Shown: positions 1 to 9,400 of the stretch, piece by piece | Layout: every line of letters starts with the position of its first letter | How positions within the stretch are numbered: the first letter of the stretch is position 1 | Assembly (NCBI GenBank): GCA_944392815.1 | Contig: CALXXY010000012.1 | Location: 1-16,739, forward strand | Direction of reading: 5' to 3' | Length of the DNA stretch: 16,739 nt | DNA from: an uncultured Alphaproteobacteria bacterium | GTDB taxonomy: Bacteria > Pseudomonadota > Alphaproteobacteria > Rs-D84 | The notes under the pieces: model-generated | The model's database searches: none | What the model was told of the DNA's origin: nothing | The model's input: the letters and a program-made list of their open reading frames with translations, nothing else | Translations under genes and position numbers: made by a program

Positions 1-3000
1 GGAACATGTTCACCAGAATCATGCCAATATACCAAAAAATATGGTACGGACGGCAATGGTGCGATTGTAAGCGACTGTGAATCTGTCGAGGAATTAAGTT
101 GCACAAAACCAATTACACAATTGACTGCGGGTGCAAAATATTATGTGAATGGTGTGACATCATGTCCTGCATGCCCGGCTGGATATCCAAATTCTGATGG
201 TGGCACAGGTGGCGTGACCCAGTGTTATAGCGACAGCAAAACACGTGACTGGAATGGCAGCAAGGTAAACGGCAGTGTGCCTGCGAACTGCAGTGGTGCA
301 ACATGGGGTGATTGCCCGGCCGATGAAATGGAATCGTGCACATATGTTGCATATGCCAACGAGGCCGGCACGGGTGATGGCGCGATTAAATCTGGATGCA
401 GCACGAACAACAAAACATGTACGCGTGTTGTGTCGACTGTGACCGCAAATTCCGGATATTATGATGCGGGGACAACCTGTACGGCATGTTCATCGGTTGG
501 TGATGGTACATATACGTTGTCCGACGTGGATAATGAGGGCGGCAATACAAAGTGCTATAAAACATGCACACGTCAATGTGACCAGCAGCAATGCCCTGCC
601 AATGCGACATGTACGCATGGTACACAGACAACGTCTGGGCGGCAATACTATGGTGATACATGTAATGCGGCGGCGTCCACATGTACTTTGGAGTTCACCT
701 GCAACGCCGGGTATAAAAAGAATTCGTCCGGCACCGGGTGCGAGGCGGAAACCTATACCATTACATATAAAAATGGTGGCGGTACTGGTGCCGACGAAAG
801 TCAGAATGTGACATATTTGGCACAGTTTACGACCAAACCGGCAAATACGTTCGTGCGTCCGGGGTACACGTTCAAATCGTGGGGCGATCCGTTCCCGAAT
901 CCGAACAGCCAATATCAATATAACGAAACGTCCAACACCACGTTGACGGCGCAGTGGAACGCCTGCGCGGCGAATCCGACAACTGGTGCGGGAACATGTG
1001 ATTGCGGCGACGGTAATTATCCGAATGGTTCGGGCTGTTCGAATTGCGTTGTGCAGTGTACTGGGGTGACTGGGTACACGCTGGGGTCGTATAATGTTTG
1101 CGAAAGTGAAACCGACGGATTGTGCTATCGTGCGTGCGCTACGTCTGATGTCGCAAATTCGTCCGCGGTCAGTGGTACCGGCGTATTCAAAAACGGCACT
1201 GTTGATTGCGAGGCCACAGCATGTAAAGAAAATTTCTATCTGTCGGGACGTGGGTGCGCGGCATGTGTACCGAACGCAACCTGTCCGGGTGGCGACGAAC
1301 CGTTCACATGCGATACTGGGTTCCATTTGTCTGATGATGGTACGTCATGCGAACGCAACGATATAACCATAACATTGGATAAAAACGGCGGTACCGGGAC
1401 TGTGAACGGCACCGGTGGCACAGCGAACGCAACGTTTGTATGTAAATATGGTGCGCCGTGTACATTGCCAGATGGCGCCGGATTGACCCGCATGAATTAT
1501 GAATTTACTGGTTGGGGAACAACGCCGGATTGTGAATCTGGGACATTCCAGGAAACATTCACAGCCGAGGCAACCCGCTATGCGTGTTGGTCACAGACGG
1601 TGACACAGTGCCAGGCCGGTAAATACTATGACGGTTTTGAACATGTGACATGCCCAGATGGTATGTTCTGTCCGGGCAGCGGCAGTGTCCCGATGGGCAC
1701 GGCCGGGTGTGGTACAACCTGTCCAGATGACGGGAAAACCAATGGCGGCGCGACCAGCAACACGCAGTGTTTTGTCGCCTGCCCCGTTAAATCGATTAAC
1801 AATGGTACAATTACCGCAGACAGCAGCACTGTGAATTTCGATGGCGAAGATTATCCGACATGCACATATACTGTGAATTGTGATGCTGGGTATTTGGCCA
1901 CCAACCAGGGCAGCGCAAATCCAACATGTGAACCATGTAGTGACGGCGTAGTATGCCCGGGTGGCACGGACGACAGTACGCCTGAACAGTGCGCGGCCGG
2001 CGATTATTGCGTGGACGGCATTGCACACGAATGCCCGGTCGGTGGTACGTCTGATGCGGGCGCAGGTACAATAACAGATTGTTATAATCCGTGTACAGAA
2101 ACGATATCTGTTGATCACGCAACGTCTGTGAAGTCCGACGGAAAAAAGAATTACGATGGCGCGAAATATCCCGCCTGTACATATACAGTGGTATGCGAAA
2201 CGGATTACACGGCCAATGGCAATGGAACTGAAAATCCGTCGTGCTTGTTCAGTGGCGATTGTCCGGCGGGCCATTATTGTCCGACCGGTGGTGGCGAACC
2301 ACAACAGTGCCCGATGTTTGGCGACGTTGATGGTGTGACGGTCGATGCCGGCGCAACCGAGGCCACAGATTGCTATGTCCCATGTAATCGTGCCGGCGAT
2401 ATCACAGGTGGCGAATTGACTTCGAATGCTGCGTCGACCGGGGATAAATCGTACTGGAACGGCAGCGGATATACGGCCTGTTTATATACGGCGAATTGCA
2501 ATCCTGGGTATGTGGCTGTGAACCAGAATTCGGCGACTGCAACGTGCGAAATGTGCGCGGCTGGTGAAAATTGCCCGGGTGGTACGGACGATACAGAACC
2601 GGGCGACTGTCCAGTGGGTTCATATTGCGAACAAGGCAAAGGTCCCCAGACATGCCCAGATGGTGGTCTGTCGGCCGCTGGGTCAGATGAATTGACGGAT
2701 TGCTATAAAACATGTCCGACGACGATTGACGTTGCAAACGCAATTAAGGTAGATTCCAATGGCAACGCCATGCACAAGGGTGGTTCGGCCGACGCCGGGT
2801 ACAATGAATGTACATATAACGTCACATGTGCCGATGGGTTTGTTGTACAAAACAACAATTCGACCCAACCGTCATGCGTGTGGGACGATCCGAATGCCTG
2901 CCCTGTGGGTTCGTATTGCCCGCCTGAATCAGACGCGCCGATTGCGTGTCCAGACGGTGGTACAACAGATGGCGGCGCAACGTCTGTCACACAATGTTAT

Positions 3001-6000
3001 AAGGTGTTTACGGACTATGTTGGGTTCAGCCATGGTAAAGCCGACGCAAAATGTAATTACCAAACAGCAACCAGCAAGTATGACTATTGCAATGTCATAC
3101 AGCCGGTAAAGAGTTGTGATGCTGGGTATTACTATCAAAATGGTATGGGCTGTTCAAATACCGACAGTGGATATTACAGCCCGGCGGGTGATGTCAGCCA
3201 AACGGCGTGTCCGCGCAATCCGACCGGCGGTGCGGTGGCGTCAACTGCAAATGCCGACAGTTATGCGGATTGCTATATGACGTGCGCGATTGACGTTGAT
3301 AATGCGTCGTCTGTGTCCGCGGATAAAAATACCGTGTATGGCACCAGTGCCGATGAATACGAGGCGTGCTCTTTTGCGGTGACGTGTAATACTGGGTACA
3401 CTGTGAATGGCAATAATTCTGCCGCGCCATCGTGCCAGGCCAACGAATACACCATTACGCTGAACAAAAATGGTGGTGCGGGGTCTGTGACAGACAGCAT
3501 TGAATGCGTGTTTGACAGTGGTGTGTGTGCGTTGCCCGCCAACAGTGGGTTGAATCGCCCCGGATATACCGGTGAAAACAAATGGTGCACACGCGCCGAT
3601 GGCAGTGGCACATGCTATGACGCGGGTCAGAATGTTGACGGCAATATATCCGCCAATGGTACTGATATGACATTGTATGCGGTGTGGACGCCGAATGTGT
3701 ACACCATAACGTTGGACAGCAACGGTGCCGATGTTGCAGGCGCGCCGACGACAGTATATCTGAAATACGCCAATGGGTGGTTCAGTAATGCCGGGGCAAC
3801 AACACCGATTGGAACATTGACTGCATCGCCAACCAAAGACGGCTATGAATTCATTGGGTATTACAGCCAATCTGATGGTGGGGTCCAGGTGGTTAATGCG
3901 GACGGTGCGTTCCGTGTGACCGATGAAGTGCTGACGTTCACGACGACGGAACCGACGACTGTGTACGCCAGATGGTCTGCGGGCACAACACACTGTGATG
4001 CGGGAACGTATTACACTGGTTCCGGCATAACATGCGAGCCGTGCGATGCAAATCATTACTGCCCGGGCGGTAATTTCGGAACGGACAGCGGTTCTGCCGA
4101 AGGGCTGAATGCGTGCCCAGATGGTGGTCTGTCGGTGGGCGGTTCTGATTCCATAACGGCGTGTTATAAAACTAAATTGGAATACACCACAACACATGGT
4201 TCCGGCACCCAGACATGCGATTGGGACGACAGTGCCAAATCGTACAGTGCGAAATGCCGCGATATTGATGTGGTGCAGTGTGACGCCGGATATTGGCGCG
4301 AATCTGACGATGCGGTTGATTGCGCAGTGGTTGGGACTGGATTTTACAGTGGCGCCGATGTGATAACCAGAACGGCGTGCCCGAACAATGGTACAACTGA
4401 TACCGATGTTGCAAAAACTGTTCAGGAATGTTTCCGCACAGGTTTGGAATACAGGGCCGAATTTGGTGCAGGAACACAGCGGTGTTTCTATAGCCGTGGG
4501 GACGGTGCGTCCGCGGTATACGAACGCGAATGCGATACCCAGGTGATTGAAACATGTTGGGCTGGATATTATCTGGCGTCGCCGACTGATATCGACTGCA
4601 GCGTCGTGACCAAGGGTTATTACAGCGACGTGGACGATACTGAACGTCATGCGTGCCCGGCCGGCGGTACGACGTACGAGGATAATGCTGGATCCATTAC
4701 ACGCTGCAACAAAGATGGCCAGCCGTATACCGATGCGTTGCATGGTGCCGGTGAACGTACGTGTTTCTATACCAGCGGTACGGGTGATGACGCGATATAT
4801 TCGTCTGAATGCGAAAACATTACCATGACCAGTTGCGAGGCCGGATATTGGTATGACGCACAACAAACAACAACGGACTGCGTGGAAGTTGGCAAGAATT
4901 ATTACAGCCCTGCTGTGGAGATGAGTCGCCATGAATGTCCGTTGGGTGGTGTGACAGAGGGCACAACCAGCGCGGCTGCGTCCGAATGCTATCGCACTGA
5001 TATGGCGTGCGACATTGAAAATGGTTCGGGGCAACAGACATGTAATTACAATGAATCTGGTGGGGATTACTCGCTGGATTGCCAGACATGTTATGTGACA
5101 ATGTGTGACGAAGGATTTTCACAGGTTGACAATACATGCATTAACTGCCCGGCCGACAATGTATGCACAGACGGCAAACAGGAAACATGTTATAACCTGA
5201 CCCGTGGCACATATACTAAATCTGACCCGGGTACCACGGACGTTGCGATGTGCTATCGTGACTGTGCGGTTTCGCCAAACGCGGCGACAGTGGGCGGACG
5301 TGACTATTTCGGTCCAGATGTGCCGGATACATGTGAAATCACACGCTGTCTGGCGGGGTATACGTTGGAAAATGGACGTTGTGTTGAATGTCCGGCCGGC
5401 AGTTTCTGTGACGGGACAATTGATCCGGTCGTTCCGGGCGATGATGTGCAATCGTGCGCTGATTTGGGCGATGGATCATGGACTGAATCCGCACCGAATG
5501 CCGCAGACGCCGGGGATTGCTATCAGATGTGCGAACCGTACAAAGTTGTTAATGGAACGGCTGTGCCGGTCGAAGAAAAAGCATACTGGCCGAGTGAGTG
5601 CGAGTACAAAGGTGAATCGACCAACGGAAATCCGTGCGAAATTATCGACGGGGTATGTATCGAAACTTCGTGCAGCGGTGGGTACGAAATGATTGATGGC
5701 GTATGTGAACCATGCGAACGCGAAAACGCCATAACGTACAAGGATACAGGTGTTTGCCAGGTTGCTTCGTGCACGTATGGATATCACCCGAATGGTGACC
5801 AGTGTGAATATGATATCCAGGAATGCGAATTGCCGAATGCGGTCTATGCCGAACGCGAATGGAATTATCGCGAAAACAAGTTCGGCGCATGTGTGCCGCA
5901 GGAATGCGAATCTGGATTCCATGTCGCGAACAACGCATGTGTGACCGATGTCCAGCCGTGCAATGTTGAACATGGTACTGGATTAAAAGAATGGAATCAC

Positions 6001-6333
6001 GATACCAATGATTGGGGTGAATGCGTGGCCATGACATGTAATCCTGGATATACCAGTGATCCGACACAGTCGAACGAGCCGACCAAGCCGTGCGGTGAAT
6101 GCCGGAACAAATACGGTGCATTGGGCAGACAGGTCGTCAGCAGTTATGCCCAGGAATGCGAAATCGCATCGTGCATGCATCAGGGCGAATTGTATAACCT
6201 GGAAAATGGCGAATGTGTTCAGATTTGCCCGTTCGAGGAATATACTGACCCCGAAGGCACCGGCACCATGGTTTGGGACGAAGGTCGCAAAAAGTGTGTG
6301 CGCACGTGCGCCCCAGGATACACGTTGTGGTAA
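1..6333 (+). CDS. Giant cysteine-rich repeat surface/secreted protein with InlB B-repeat (Listeria-Bacteroides repeat)-like domains; 5'-truncated
   Basis: Frame 1 is open from base 1 (GTCSPESCQYTKKYG...) to TAA at 6331-6333, so the TTG at 121 is not the true start. Many CxxGxYC / CPxGGxS/T...CY / CxxGY motifs resemble GCC2-GCC3/Ephrin-receptor-like Cys repeats. Four YTITxxxNGG...GYxFxxW...LxAxW units are present. Confidence 0.9.
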   Translation, partial: GTCSPESCQYTKKYGTDGNGAIVSDCESVEELSCTKPITQLTAGAKYYVNGVTSCPACPAGYPNSDGGTGGVTQCYSDSKTRDWNGSKVNGSVPANCSGATWGDCPADEMESCTYVAYANEAGTGDGAIKSGCSTNNKTCTRVVSTVTANSGYYDAGTTCTACSSVGDGTYTLSDVDNEGGNTKCYKTCTRQCDQQQCPANATCTHGTQTTSGRQYYGDTCNAAASTCTLEFTCNAGYKKNSSGTGCEAETYTITYKNGGGTGADESQNVTYLAQFTTKPANTFVRPGYTFKSWGDPFPNPNSQYQYNETSNTTLTAQWNACAANPTTGAGTCDCGDGNYPNGSGCSNCVVQCTGVTGYTLGSYNVCESETDGLCYRACATSDVANSSAVSGTGVFKNGTVDCEATACKENFYLSGRGCAACVPNATCPGGDEPFTCDTGFHLSDDGTSCERNDITITLDKNGGTGTVNGTGGTANATFVCKYGAPCTLPDGAGLTRMNYEFTGWGTTPDCESGTFQETFTAEATRYACWSQTVTQCQAGKYYDGFEHVTCPDGMFCPGSGSVPMGTAGCGTTCPDDGKTNGGATSNTQCFVACPVKSINNGTITADSSTVNFDGEDYPTCTYTVNCDAGYLATNQGSANPTCEPCSDGVVCPGGTDDSTPEQCAAGDYCVDGIAHECPVGGTSDAGAGTITDCYNPCTETISVDHATSVKSDGKKNYDGAKYPACTYTVVCETDYTANGNGTENPSCLFSGDCPAGHYCPTGGGEPQQCPMFGDVDGVTVDAGATEATDCYVPCNRAGDITGGELTSNAASTGDKSYWNGSGYTACLYTANCNPGYVAVNQNSATATCEMCAAGENCPGGTDDTEPGDCPVGSYCEQGKGPQTCPDGGLSAAGSDELTDCYKTCPTTIDVANAIKVDSNGNAMHKGGSADAGYNECTYNVTCADGFVVQNNNSTQPSCVWDDPNACPVGSYCPPESDAPIACPDGGTTDGGATSVTQCYKVFTDYVGFSHGKADAKCNYQTATSKYDYCNVIQPVKSCDAGYYYQNGMGCSNTDSGYYSPAGDVSQTACPRNPTGGAVASTANADSYADCYMTCAIDVDNASSVSADKNTVYGTSADEYEACSFAVTCNTGYTVNGNNSAAPSCQANEYTITLNKNGGAGSVTDSIECVFDSGVCALPANSGLNRPGYTGENKWCTRADGSGTCYDAGQNVDGNISANGTDMTLYAVWTPNVYTITLDSNGADVAGAPTTVYLKYANGWFSNAGATTPIGTLTASPTKDGYEFIGYYSQSDGGVQVVNADGAFRVTDEVLTFTTTEPTTVYARWSAGTTHCDAGTYYTGSGITCEPCDANHYCPGGNFGTDSGSAEGLNACPDGGLSVGGSDSITACYKTKLEYTTTHGSGTQTCDWDDSAKSYSAKCRDIDVVQCDAGYWRESDDAVDCAVVGTGFYSGADVITRTACPNNGTTDTDVAKTVQECFRTGLEYRAEFGAGTQRCFYSRGDGASAVYERECDTQVIETCWAGYYLASPTDIDCSVVTKGYYSDVDDTERHACPAGGTTYEDNAGSITRCNKDGQPYTDALHGAGERTCFYTSGTGDDAIYSSECENITMTSCEAGYWYDAQQTTTDCVEVGKNYYSPAVEMSRHECPLGGVTEGTTSAAASECYRTDMACDIENGSGQQTCNYNESGGDYSLDCQTCYVTMCDEGFSQVDNTCINCPADNVCTDGKQETCYNLTRGTYTKSDPGTTDVAMCYRDCAVSPNAATVGGRDYFGPDVPDTCEITRCLAGYTLENGRCVECPAGSFCDGTIDPVVPGDDVQSCADLGDGSWTESAPNAADAGDCYQMCEPYKVVNGTAVPVEEKAYWPSECEYKGESTNGNPCEIIDGVCIETSCSGGYEMIDGVCEPCERENAITYKDTGVCQVASCTYGYHPNGDQCEYDIQECELPNAVYAEREWNYRENKFGACVPQECESGFHVANNACVTDVQPCNVEHGTGLKEWNHDTNDWGECVAMTCNPGYTSDPTQSNEPTKPCGECRNKYGALGRQVVSSYAQECEIASCMHQGELYNLENGECVQICPFEEYTDPEGTGTMVWDEGRKKCVRTCAPGYTLW
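754..957 (+). repeat. Listeria-Bacteroides (InlB B-repeat/Flg_new-like) domain 1 in the giant protein
   Basis: YTITYKNGGGTG...PANTFVRPGYTFKSW...TLTAQW fits the family pattern. Confidence 0.8.
1363..1590 (+). repeat. Listeria-Bacteroides repeat domain 2
   Basis: ITITLDKNGGTG...LTRMNYEFTGW...RYACW. Confidence 0.75.
1651..2898 (+). repeat. Four tandem ~100-aa Cys modules (type A), arranged as a duplicated ~206-aa double unit
   Basis: Recurring CPxGxY/FC...CP..G....GA...TxCY..C...Y..CTY.V.C..GY...N.....P.C. CPGGTDD recurs at 1954 and 2572, 618 nt apart. Confidence 0.8.
3448..3975 (+). repeat. Listeria-Bacteroides repeat domains 3 and 4 (tandem)
   Basis: YTITLNKNGGAG...RPGY...TLYAVW (3448-3687) and YTITLDSNGA...PTKDGYEFIGYY...VYARW (3700-3975). 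Confidence 0.8.
4195..5140 (+). repeat. Four tandem ~90-aa Cys modules (type B), the last partial
   Basis: HGSGTQTC (4195), FGAGTQRC (4462), HGAGERTC (4741) and NGSGQQTC (5020). The first three are each followed by C.AGY...DC..V...YS......R..CP..G.T. Periods are 267/279/279 nt. Confidence 0.8.
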
Positions 6334-6336
6334 AAT

Positions 6337-6364
6337 AAAAATCCGCCAATTGGCGGATTTTTTT
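6337..6364 (+). terminator. Rho-independent terminator (potentially bidirectional)
   Basis: Perfect 26-bp palindrome AAAAATCCGCCAA|TTGGCGGATTTTT (6337-6362) with a T7 tract, 3 nt after the stop codon. Confidence 0.9.
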
Positions 6365-6413
6365 ACGCAGTGTAGCCGTGAAATTTATTGTGAAAATATT
6401 TTTATTTTTGCGG

Positions 6414-6443
6414 TTGAATTGATGTGGCAAATTTTGCTATTGT
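6414..6443 (+). promoter_or_regulatory. Putative sigma70 promoter of dnaE, predicting a leaderless transcript
   Basis: TTGAAT (6414-6419), 18-bp spacer ending in TGc, TATTGT (6438-6443). ATG lies 7 nt after the -10 with no Shine-Dalgarno. An AT-rich UP-like tract lies upstream. Confidence 0.6.
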
Positions 6444-6449
6444 CGTGGC

Positions 6450-9400
6450 ATGGAAAATCAATTTGTTCATCTTCGTACTCATTCACGTATTTCTATTGGG
6501 GCGGGCACCCTGAAAATCAAGGATATTCCCGAATTATGTATTAAATATGGAATGTTGGCGTGTGCGTTGACGGACACTAATTTGATGTCTGGGTGTGCGG
6601 AATTTTCCGATGTTATGCCAAAGAACAAAATCCAGCCCATAATCGGGGTTGAAATCACACTGAATCAGCATAATGCGGACCCGAAAATTTTGCGCGCGAA
6701 TGCCCTGAGCCGCATTGTGTTATTGGCGCAAAATCACGATGGATATTTAAATCTGTGTGAATTAAGTCGTATTATGTATATGCGTACGGAAAATCACCAT
6801 TTGGGGCCGTATATTACGTTTGATGAATTGGCGTCGCACAGCGTGGGGCTGATTTGTTTGTCGGGCGCGCATACTGGGCCAATCGGCATGGCGATTTTAA
6901 ATGCCCAGGACGGTCAGGCGCGCCAATATGCGCAACTATTATTGGATATTTTTGGCGACAGGTTTTATATGGAAATCCAGCGTCATGGTTTGGCGGACGA
7001 AATCAAAACAGAACCAGAATTTTTGAAAATCGCGCTGGATTTAAATATTCCAATTGTGGCGACCAATGATGTGGAATTTGCCGCTGCGCAAAATTACGAG
7101 GCCGAAGATGCCCTGACCTGTGTTTTGGGCCAGACCAAGGTTATTGATCCAGACCGGCCGCGCAAATCATCGGAACAATATTTTAAAACTGCGGACGAAA
7201 TGGCTGATTTGTTTTCCGACCTGCCTGAGGCAATTGAAAACACCATCGCCATTGCCAATCGGTGCGGTTTTATGGTGAACGTTCACGAAAAGCCATTGTT
7301 GCCACGTTTCGGAAATGACCTGGAACAGGAATGCCAAATGCTGCGCGATCATACGATGACGGGGCTGGCGAAAAATTTGGCTCAACATGGTATAACCGAC
7401 ACAAAACCATATTATGAACAGGCCGAATTTGAATTGGGCGTTATTATCAATATGGGATTTCCGGGATATTTTCTGATTGTGGCGGATTATATTGATTGGT
7501 GTCGGCATAATGATATTTTAACCGGCCCTGGGCGTGGTTCGGGTGCCGGGTCAATTGTAGCGTGGGCGTTGGGAATTACGCATGTTAATCCGTTGAAATA
7601 TGGATTGCTGTTCGAAAGATTTTTGAATCCTGATCGTATTTCTATGCCCGATTTCGACGTGGATTTCGAACCCACCGGCATAGAACGCGTGCTGGCGTAT
7701 ATTTGCGATAAATATGGTCATGATTCTGTGTGTCGTATTATCACGTTTGGCAGTTTGCAGGCACGTGGTGCAATTCGTGATATTGGGCGTGTGTATGGGA
7801 TTCCGTATTCTAAATCAGACAGATTGTCTAAATTAATTCCCCAGGACGCGAAAACATTAAAAGACGCGGTTGATGCGTCGCCTGAAATTCAATATATTTT
7901 GCAAACCGACGAAGATATGAACAAGGTTGTGTCCGTTGCCGAGGAATTAGAAGGTTCGTTGCGGAATCTGGGGCAGCATGCGTGTGGCGTCGTTATTGGT
8001 GACAGACCCACAACGAAAATTGCGCCTGTGTATCGTGATCCGGCCAACCCGTTGCCATCGTGCCAATTTGATGGACATTATTTGGAATCGTCTGGGTTAA
8101 TCAAGTTCGATTTTTTGGGATTGGAAACGTTGGCGATTTTAAAATATGCCATAAAACTGATTCAGCAGACGCGCGGAATAAATATCGATTTGGATAAAAT
8201 TCCAACTGACGATGAAAAAACTATGAAATTATGGCAATCTGGAATGACCGAAGGCATATTCCAGTTCGATGCCCCGTTTGTTCAGCAAACTTTGCGCAAA
8301 ATGCACCCGACGAGTTTTTTGGAAATATCTGCATTAAATGCGCTGAATCGTCCCGGCCCCATTGCGTTTATTCCGCAGTTTATTGCCCGTATGCATGGCG
8401 AAGAAAAAGTAGAATATGTCCACCCGCGGGCCGAACCTATTTTAAAAGAAACGTATGGTATTATCGTGTACCAGGAACAGGTTATGCAATTGACGCGCGC
8501 GCTGGCCGGGTTTACACGCGGTCAATCGGACAACGTGCGTAAAGCCATGGGTAAAAAAATCGCCAAAATGTTGGACGAACTGGAGGGCAAATTTTACGAT
8601 GGATGCGAAAAAGAACAAACGCTGAACCGTGAACAGGCCAAAGAACTGTGGGAAAAATTCAAAGAATTTGCAAAATACGCGTTTAACAAATCGCACGCGA
8701 TTGCGTATTCCATTGTCGCAAATCAATGCGCGTATCTGAAGGCGAACTATACCCCAGAATTTTTGGCAGCGTCTATGTCCAGTAATCTGAATGATACCGA
8801 TCAATTGGCGTTGTTTGTCGATGATGCGAAATCAAATTTTGGAATACAAATTGTCGCCCCAGATATTAACGAAAGTGAATCTTTGTTTACTGTGCGCGGC
8901 GGAAAAATCATATATGCGTTGGCCGCGATAAAGGGCGTCGGAACGGCAGCGACTGACGCGATTGTTGCGGAACGTAATGCGCATGGAAAATTTAAAAATC
9001 TGACCGATTTTGCAAAACGCTGTGCACCGATTATGAATAAACGTATACTAGAGGCGTTTGCCAAAGTCGGCGTGTTGGATTCGTTGGAACCCAACCGTGC
9101 ATCAATATTTATGAATGCCGACGCGATATTGTCATATGCGTCCAAGTCCCGCGATGGGGCGAATTCACTGTCGCTGTTTGCAAACACAGTCGAAGATGAT
9201 GTGGCCGAAGACAGATTAACAAAAAATTTACCAAACACGCCAATGTGGACGTTTGCCCAGCGTTTGGAAAATGAATTGTCTGCGTTGGGATTTTATATTT
9301 CTGCGCACCCGTTGGATCAATACAAACATTTAATCGCCCGCGCCAGATTGGCAACCAGTACAACGTTGGCGTCACTGGGGGACAGAAAGCCCGTGCAGAT

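Noticed and set aside
121-123. TTG start for the giant ORF
   Set aside because: The frame is open to base 1 with the same Cys-rich character and there is no RBS or signal peptide here. The true start lies outside the window.
3241-5034. 597-aa minus-strand ORF (and 490-1326, 1591-2304 and other antisense ORFs)
   Set aside because: Antisense shadows of the giant + strand gene, whose codon usage rarely creates reverse-strand stops. The translations show no recognisable motifs.
1-6333. Diversity-generating retroelement target
   Set aside because: No reverse transcriptase and no template/variable repeat pair differing at adenines was seen in the window.
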